Assembly (NCBI GenBank): GCA_000934665.2
Contig: JYFJ02003908.1
Span: 1 to 36,443 of the forward strand
Direction of reading: 5' to 3'
Source: Catajapyx aquilonaris
Taxonomy: Eukaryota
Length of the DNA: 36,443 nt
Below, piece after piece: positions 23,946-36,443 of this stretch. Under the pieces are notes generated by a model. The model was not told the origin of the DNA. It did not search any database and saw only the letters and a list, made by a program, of their open reading frames with translations. Position 1 is the stretch's first letter; every line of letters starts with the position of its first letter. Made by a program: the position numbers and the translations under genes.

Positions 23946-24203
23946 AGGGCGACACCCGGTGGCCGAGTGGTTAGCGGCGCAGCCTTCCACCTCTAAGGTC
24001 CCGAGTTCGATCCCCGGGTCGGACGGAGGTTACTTATGTGGATAGAGTTTCGATGGGTTCTCTCCGTGTTCGCGTGGGTTTTCTCGGGGTTCTCCCGTTT
24101 CCTCCCACTATCAAAATCCATCACATTTCAGGCAAATGATTAAAGTCGGTTATTCAAAAGATGATCCCCTAAGAGGCCCAAGGAGGCTTATCACGGGGTA
24201 TCA

Positions 24204-24259
<56 letters not shown>
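23946..24259 (+). mobile_element. tRNA-derived SINE, same family
   Basis: 15-bp TSD tacaagggcaaatca at 23931-23945 and 24260-24274; (TTA)n tail. Confidence 0.9.
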
Positions 24260-24262
<3 letters not shown>

Positions 24263-24339
24263 AAGGGCAAATCATAAAGAAACGCACATATATATTTTTC
24301 CCAGCCAAATTTAAAACAAAATTAATAGGTGACAGCAAG

Positions 24340-25201
24340 GGGCAGGCAAGCACGCTGTGCACTGAACCCGCCATTTTTTTCCCCCTACGACCTTCCCACC
24401 ACCTGCGGCCATGTGGCGATAAGGGCCTACCCAAAGGCCTACCCGCGGGGCCCCGCGACGTGTACGGGTTCCCCTTCACCCGCAGGACTCTCCCAACGTG
24501 CCACTGAGCTTACCTGTCCCCAAAAAAAGGCAGTCTCAACGCGTCGGGATGACCCAAAAAGGGGCTGATCTTGTGCCCTTTGCCTGCCTTTGCGGCCAAA
24601 TGTTCGGATGAAGAAGAACAGCAAACGACCAGCCGCCGACAGAGATTACAGAATGATGACGCGCAGCATAGAGCAGGCCGCGCCGAATGGCTTTATTGGA
24701 AATCCTCCACGTTCCAATCAGCCCTACTGCCTGTCCCCTCCACGCCGCGATCCACAACAATCGATCCAACTTGCAGCTCATTATAATCCTCGAATTTAAA
24801 ACAGTGACGCAAAAACCGGCTCAATAATAATTGTTGTCGGATTGTTGCATTTATAATTCATTTTTTTCTTTAAAAGTGATTGTTGGAGTGTGCGTGCCTA
24901 CTCCCCGTGGCGGTGTTGCCAAGGATACCAAGCGCAAGGTTCAAAACTGATTCGAATCGAAGGGTCAGCTTGGAAGGGGTCACTGCTCTCAACTCGATCG
25001 GAACTGACCTCGTCGTACACCGGCCGGCCGGACACCCTCTCCTCGGATAACACCAAAAGTGTGAGCATAATTGGCTTATTATAATTAAAATTATTATTAC
25101 GACGCAGTGCGTTCGAATGGCGGCGTTCCATTTGCAGCGCCCGGATGGAACACACGTTCGAAGTGGTATGGCTGACCATGTTATCTCTCTCTTCCCCACA
25201 G
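24340..25201 (+). promoter_or_regulatory. CpG-rich candidate promoter / 5' UTR region of the PABP-derived gene
   Basis: High CpG density; ATTGG/CCAAT pair at ~24696-24718; candidate donor gtgagc at 25061; branch-like ctgac at ~25172; polypyrimidine acceptor at 25201. Confidence 0.35.
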
Positions 25202-25232
25202 CTGCTTGAAGAGATAGGTCCTAATAAGAAGA

Positions 25233-25910
25233 ATGGCAGGCGGGATACAGCAGGAGCTGGCAAATGCTGCTGAGCGGATGAAGGCTGACTTTGCAAACCG
25301 CTACAGGGGGGTCAACCTCTATGTGAAGAACCTGCACGACTCCATTGACGACGAGCACCTCAGAATGGTCTTTGCCCCGTTTGGCACCATCACTTCCGCC
25401 AAGGTCATAACCGAGGAGGGTCACTCCAAGGGTTTCGGCTTCGTCTGCTACTCCTCGCCAGACGAGGCCCTAAAGGCTATCGTTGAGATGAACGGACGCA
25501 TTGTGGCCACCAAGCCCCTGTACGTGAACCTGGCCCAGAGCAAGGAATATCGCCAGGCCTATTTGGCCAAGTTGCGCAATCAGCGAATGGCCACCGTACC
25601 ACAGGAGCCGACAGACCAGTACAGTCGCACCAGCTACTTTACGCCACCCATGACCATGCCAGAAGGGGCTCAGACATGGGCCACTCCACCTCGCTTTCCT
25701 GCTCGGGCTATCCGCGGACCACAGGCAGTCACCAAAGCTACAGGTCAGGCATTGTGTTCAGATTTCTGGAGCGTACCAGACCAGTTTAACACTAGCCACA
25801 TGCTCCAACCACAGCTCAGGTTGGTCCCGTCAACACCGCCTTCTCTACCCACCACGTCACTGGGCGCCAGCCGGTGGGGGAAACTTCCATGGCTCGTGAC
25901 CAGCCCATGA
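25233..25910 (+). CDS. Single-RRM PABP-derived protein (inverted partial duplicate of PABPC exons 4-5); expressed gene or pseudogene
   Basis: 225-aa ORF; RRM matches parental RRM4 at 63/77 residues by eye with RNP1/RNP2 intact; upstream acceptor ctcttccccacag ending at 25201; start context aagaATGG; AATAAA at 26126. Confidence 0.75.
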   Translation: MAGGIQQELANAAERMKADFANRYRGVNLYVKNLHDSIDDEHLRMVFAPFGTITSAKVITEEGHSKGFGFVCYSSPDEALKAIVEMNGRIVATKPLYVNLAQSKEYRQAYLAKLRNQRMATVPQEPTDQYSRTSYFTPPMTMPEGAQTWATPPRFPARAIRGPQAVTKATGQALCSDFWSVPDQFNTSHMLQPQLRLVPSTPPSLPTTSLGASRWGKLPWLVTSP

Positions 25911-26125
25911 AAGACGGGCGGGCTGCTGTGCCGAGTGGCGCTTATTATTGGAAGTAGGCAGCGGATGAAGACAAGTTGGCCCCTCGGGATGCGTGACTGG
26001 AGCGGGTGGAAGGATGAGATCCAGAGTGAAGCATTATTGGAAACAAGTTTATTCATTCCTTTCTTCTCTTTTATGTAATTTGTTTATCTTTTAAGAAAAC
26101 CGCCTTGTTTGCAACATGCATGTTA

Positions 26126-26131
26126 AATAAA
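26126..26131 (+). terminator. Polyadenylation signal of the PABP-derived gene
   Basis: AATAAA ~215 nt after the stop codon, followed by a U-rich tract. Confidence 0.55.
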
Positions 26132-26353
26132 TTTAACTTTTTCTCATTCAGACTTTAAAATAATATGGCTCTGCACTTAATTCTGTCCACGATAACACAG
26201 GGTGTCTAGCAAACCCAAGGAAAAAAAAAATCCCTGACATTTCCACGTTTCCCAGTGCTAATATGACCGAATTTCCCTGATTCGCATGGCTTGTATTAGT
26301 ATAGTCAATAAGTTCCCGTCCCGGCTGGCTGGAGGCCGACAGGTGACACAGAG

Positions 26354-27085
26354 AGGTGCTGCTGTGGTCATTGGCTGTGAGGTACATTAGCAGTCACCAA
26401 TCTGGCCAAGAGTGAACTCGGTGTGCTGCGTAATAGCTGCGGTACACAGTCGAAAAATGTCGTTCACCATATCAGGCGCGTCCAAGGCGGATGAACGGGC
26501 AGTAATTCAGTTCCTGTGTGCAGAGGGAGCGGGACCGAAGGAGATTCATACACGCATGGGGGCAGTGTATGGAGACACTTGCGTGGCGTACTCGACAGTG
26601 AAGGACGGGGGACGCCATTTCCGCAGTGGTCGACAAGGCGCTTGTCCATCGACAGGATTGCTGAGCAGACTTGCATTGTTGGAGGCGGTAACAGGTCGGC
26701 CTGACCGTGCCATGTCCGACGTGCCTTGTCGACCACTGCGGAAATGGCGTACCCAGTCCTTCACAGTCGAGTACGCCACGCAAGTGTCTCCATACACAGC
26801 CCCCATGCGTGTTTGAATCTCCTTCGGTCCCGCTCCCTCTGCACACAGGAATTCTACTGCCCGTTCTTCCGCCTTGGACGCGCCTGATATGGTGAACGAC
26901 ATTTTTCGACTGTGTACCGCAGCTATTACGCAGCCCACGGAGTTCACTCTTGGCCAGATTAGTGACTGCTAATGTACCTCACAGCCAACCACAGCAGCAC
27001 CTGTGCAATGTGTATTGACGATTGTTCACACCAAAGATGCAAGCAGTTTGGTGCAAATTGCCAGAAAGAGTTGTAATGTGACTCG
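26354..27085. mobile_element. Fold-back (inverted duplication) of mariner-family transposase 5' fragments
   Basis: Arms 26354-26639 and 26723-27002 are near-identical reverse complements. Each encodes a Mos1/SETMAR-like HTH (RAVIQFLCAEG..EIHTRMGAVYGD..YSTVKDWVRHFRSGR); the right copy continues to RSGRP. A TA-CGAG mariner-like terminus lies at 27085 on the minus strand. Confidence 0.85.
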
Positions 27086-27186
27086 TAGAGCCTAAACCTA
27101 CAGAAAGAGCCCTGGAACCCCAGTAGGGCCGAACTCCAACCCGAGGTGGAGCTGGTGGCTGGCACACTGTTACCGATTCCTCATTA

Positions 27187-27284
27187 AGGCCCATTCACAC
27201 AGGCCGCCGATGGTTTTTGTCTTTGGTCCGCAGCGTCAACGCGACCAAAGACCAAAACCGTCGGCGGCCTGTGTGAATGGGCCT
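27187..27284. mobile_element. Palindromic MITE, PIF/Harbinger-like termini
   Basis: aggcccattcacacaggccgccga ... tcggcggcctgtgtgaatgggcct. Confidence 0.7.
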
Positions 27285-27572
27285 TCAGGCACAATTCCAG
27301 ACTGGCAAAGGAAATTCCCTGGTTTTCCATGTTGCTCGACACCCTGTAACAATACTGGACTCTTCCCATTATGGCAAGATCCCATGCACAATGAAAGAGT
27401 CGCTCAGGTCCACGAAAAACCTCCTCAATAGCGGCCAGGCCAGCAGGAGCCGATGGAAGCTTGCGTGAATGGACTCATGCGTGCTTCCATCCGCACCCTA
27501 GATGCTGCTGAAACAAGACCTCAGTGGCACACAAACTCAATGAAAACAAGAGCATTGCACTGGCTGATAAGC

Positions 27573-27578
27573 TTTAAT
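27573..27578 (-). terminator. Probable PABPC polyadenylation signal (ATTAAA)
   Basis: ATTAAA on the minus strand at the end of a ~1.4-kb A-rich 3' UTR, followed by GU/U-rich sequence (tcttgttttcattgagtttgtgtg). Confidence 0.55.
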
Positions 27579-28977
27579 TCCGTATATCCAATTACAACTG
27601 CAACCATGAACATTTTTTTTTTTTTCTCTCCAAACTCATACAATAAGGGGCGATGCAAGAGAACCCTAAGAACCCAAATCACAAAAAAACAAAACTGATA
27701 AATGGAAGTGGGGTTAAAACAATTTCATCTCCCGCAACATCCACTGAAAATAATAAAAAATTAAATGACTTCACCAAAGATACTTATCCCAGCCCCGGTA
27801 TTTCAATTTTTTCGTGTTTTTCTGGGTATGTTATTTTTCTTGTTTGCAATTTTTTTTTCCTTCTCTACCGTTTTCCATTCTGTAACTTGGGCAACATTTT
27901 CTTCAAGTGTCCCCGACGACTCCTACTCTCACAGATGCAAGTTACCAGTTTTTTTTTCCCCATCACTTCACGGGTTTTTCAGTAATTTTTCATTTTAGGC
28001 AATTCTGATGGTGAAAAAAATGTAAAAAAATCGTATTAGATTTTTTTTTGGACTTTACGTTTGTTTTTCAATTTTTGTTGTATTTACTGTTATTTAAAAC
28101 TGTTTCATCTTTTTGGGGGTAATTTTTCTCTCTATTCTGGTCCATTGGAATTTCTTTCATCTTTCTTTTTTTTTTTTCAAAGGCAGTTGGTGGATAATCG
28201 TGAGACAATCCCAACTTACATCTGAAATTATTATTATTTTTTTGTGGCATTTTAACTTTTAGTAAAATGTTTCCTTTTTTTGGAAAATTTTATGCAACTG
28301 TTATGGGTGTTCTTTGTAGTTTTTTTGGTGTAATTTTTTTGAAGCCTTTTCTGTGTACATTTTTTTTTTTTCGAGCCCCACTGTCAACCACCTTCCAGGT
28401 GGACTTCTAGGAAGGGGGGAGGGGGGAAATTCTTAACCCTATCAAAGGACAAAATAATAGTGTAGAGAACAAAAACAAAAGAAGAGCTGTCATTACTGTA
28501 AGTTTTTTGTGGTTTATCGCTTTGACATTTTGCGATTTTTTTGTTGTGAACTTTTCTTTGTTATATCTTTTGTAACGCTTGGTCATTATTTTTCATTTTT
28601 TTTTGTTTTTCCTCTTTGCCCTAACCCTTTTCAAAGCCTGCCCCAACGTTACTGTGTGCTCTTATGCCACTTTCTTTCTGAGCACATGAATCATGTGTAT
28701 GGGGGAGCCGTGCTATTATTTAGCACGCAGGAGAGACTTGAGAAACAAGAGGGCACGAACCCAACAAATAAGAAACTAAACTGAAGAATGAAATCTGGGA
28801 AAAGGTGCTAACCTCACAGACCACTGGGTTGTGTGCTTTGGGGAAGGGAACGACGAGGGTGTGTGTATGTGTGTTTGCGTCTCTGGGTAGGTGGTGGAAT
28901 GTGAGGGATGGGGGAATGGGAAGAATGGGACAGGTGCAGTGGGGAGGAAGTTGCCTAGCCTTTTCCCCGCCCTCGCC

Positions 28978-34245
<5,268 letters not shown>

Positions 34246-36020
34246 TCAAACACCACTTTTTCTATTTCGACGCACCACAACACACACCACGAAACACAAG
34301 CCGGATCACCAGAAGGAAACAGAGAGAAAAGAAAATACAATTAGATCTGCTGGAACACATCACTCGATGGCAGCCATTTTGTCACATTATACACAAGTTC
34401 AAGCGCCCCCAAAATTATTCCAGTTGCATTTTTAAATGTTTGGAACACTAGAAAACAAACAACCGGTCACCAAGGCAACGGATGGAACACTACTTCTGGA
34501 ATTTATCAGTCGCTTTGGGGGGGGGGGGGGGGGGNNNGGGGGGGGGGGAGGCCATCCTAATCAAACCTCTGCTCCGAGAGAGCAAAGCAAAGCCCCCATT
34601 ACGAACGTGCGGTACTTGGCACACAGAAAATCCCTGCGATATTACGCAACTTTTGTCAGTCTAATGTTGTTTCCTGGAACTATAAATCGCTCGTACCTTG
34701 TCGGCGCACAAAAAAATGCTGCCTCAGTGCGAGGTCAGCTGCACAGACGGTCGCTGCTCTACCGCCAAGAGCACACAGACTATTCACGGGCGGAGGCAGT
34801 CCGCTTGCGGCACACAACCAAAAGTCCCTTCCCAACAGGTTCTTCCCCAGACTCCAAATGACAAGATAAACAATCAGGCAACCGTTGCCCTCAACCTCGG
34901 TTGCCATGGTGGCCATCAACAATTCCAACAAGCTTTCAACAATGTGATGTCCAGGGTCGCCAACTCTTTCCTTAGTAACTCGAACAACATGTTGCCAGTA
35001 TGAAGCTGCATAATAATTGTGCAACAACAGTTGCAATGTTTTTGTATTTGCAGACATCCGGACATGTCCATGCATTTTAATCATGAGCCTCGGCAACAAA
35101 TGCTGAAATGCAGTTCACTAGCCGATCGCCTTGCAATCTGTGCAGTAAGACTCGCGTACGAACAAACCTTGAATAATAATTTAATTACATTGCCACAGTG
35201 ACCCGAACGATTACTACCGACTTCAGAAATTTGAACCGAGAAATAAAATCAAACACTTACGCAAATTATGGCATTTAAAAATCAAACAAAAAATCATTCA
35301 GCCACTAATGAGACCTTCTGGTGTATTTCTCCCCATGTGCAACAAAAACCTGTTCCGTAAAAAAACATGTGGATCTCTTGACTCACTGATATGATTCACC
35401 CTATTGCGCCACATTGTGTGACGCTCCTATTAATACATTAGTTCCTGTACCAATGAGACGTTACTGTATGCAACTTTTCCGTTCAATAATACATGAAATA
35501 TTTTAACGAAAAGGCATCACCCCCAGAATCGCTGTGTCCTCTTCCAATATTTATCGGACGTTGTACCTAATATTTGATGAAAAAGCATCTCTTGTTTTGA
35601 AATATCTCTTCACCGAGTCATCTGGGCATGAAAGTTGAACTTTTTTGTCCATGAAATGACCACTGAAGGTGCTAGAAACTTACTTTATCCAACAATGGTA
35701 GAGATTACGGCCATTTTTTTTAAAAACCGCATCTTGTTCGCTAACAATTTAATTGAAATTTTATAAATGCACGCATGATTCCACAGCGTAAAATTTCAAT
35801 TTGCAAAACATTGTGCATTTTCTTTACCCCGAATTTTTGTGTGTGAAAAATAAGCAACTAAAAAAAATTGCCGATAATCTGCTGTTGTTGGGAGTAATTC
35901 AAATTCTGCAAGCGAACATTGTTCACAAATGACAATTTTTTTACATTCCACAGCGTAAAATTTCCATTTCCAGCGTTGCCACATCGCGCAGCCTGCCTTT
36001 TTCTTAATTTTTTTTAAAAA

Positions 36021-36308
36021 CCCTGGCACCATGCCGTGCCTATGAGTATTACGTCAACCGTGCTGTGGGGTCATTTCGGACCCCACCATATTTTTATTAT
36101 TATTAATTATTATATAATACCATTCAATGTATCGACTACATACAATAATTCTTTGAACAATGCCTGCAATGATCGCTAATTCAAAATAAACCTGCACTTC
36201 CTGTTATATACTGTAAAAAAAAATGGCAAAAGTTCATTGTAATGATCATTTTAATGCATTTTTTTCCCCCCCTGGGTTCCAAAAAGACCCCACGGCACGG
36301 TTCCAGAG
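36021..36308. mobile_element. piggyBac-type MITE (same family as 3658-3942)
   Basis: Shared internal sequence tgatcgctaattcaaaataaac; ends in TTAA. Confidence 0.75.
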
Positions 36309-36317
36309 TTAACCTCC

Positions 36318-36355
36318 TGAGACCTGATGTCCAATATATTGGACATCAGGTCTCA
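36318..36355. repeat. Perfect 38-bp palindrome
   Basis: tgagacctgatgtccaata|tattggacatcaggtctca, just after a TTAA. Confidence 0.9.
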
Positions 36356-36443
36356 AGGCCTGTATCCACGTACGAGATTCTCGCATACGAGGAGCCGCGA
36401 GGAGCCAACTGCGCATGCCCAGATACGAGAAAGTTGAAAATTG

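Larger units (their letters stand above)
26198..27346. mobile_element. Non-autonomous DNA element with CAGGGTGTC(T/G)AGCAA termini enclosing the mariner fold-back and a small MITE
   Basis: cagggtgtctagcaa at 26198 and ttgctcgacaccctg ending at 27346, followed by TA. Confidence 0.55.

Noticed and set aside
25233..25910. Processed (retro) pseudogene interpretation of the PABP copy
   Set aside because: A gt..ag remnant persists at the parental intron position, there is no poly(A) tail or TSD, the 3' exons are missing and the copy is adjacent to the parent

Overview
Eukaryotic, intron-rich, transposon-dense invertebrate (arthropod-like) DNA; no prokaryotic features. Two spliced genes lie on the minus strand. 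The first is a TDRD7/Tapas-like germ-granule gene (LOTUS, RGG, dsRBD-like, LOTUS, two extended Tudor domains; start codon at 14161, about 10 coding exons, 3' end uncertain). The second is a complete cytoplasmic poly(A)-binding protein gene (PABPC; 7 coding exons, 34239 to 28978, about 731 aa). On the plus strand, tail-to-tail with PABPC, is an inverted partial duplicate of PABPC exons 4-5 (25233-25910). It keeps only RRM4, the parental 323-nt intron has collapsed to an in-frame 18-nt gt..ag remnant, and a 1-nt frameshift gives it a new C-terminus. It has its own splice acceptor, start context and AATAAA. Between the two convergent 3' ends is a ~650-bp fold-back made of two mariner transposase 5' ends. 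The parental intron that collapsed in the copy contains an H/ACA snoRNA-like structure. The rest is V-domain tRNA SINEs, a second SINE family with a related 3' stem-loop tail, a Ginger2-like fold-back element, and many MITEs. All coordinates and alignments were read by eye.
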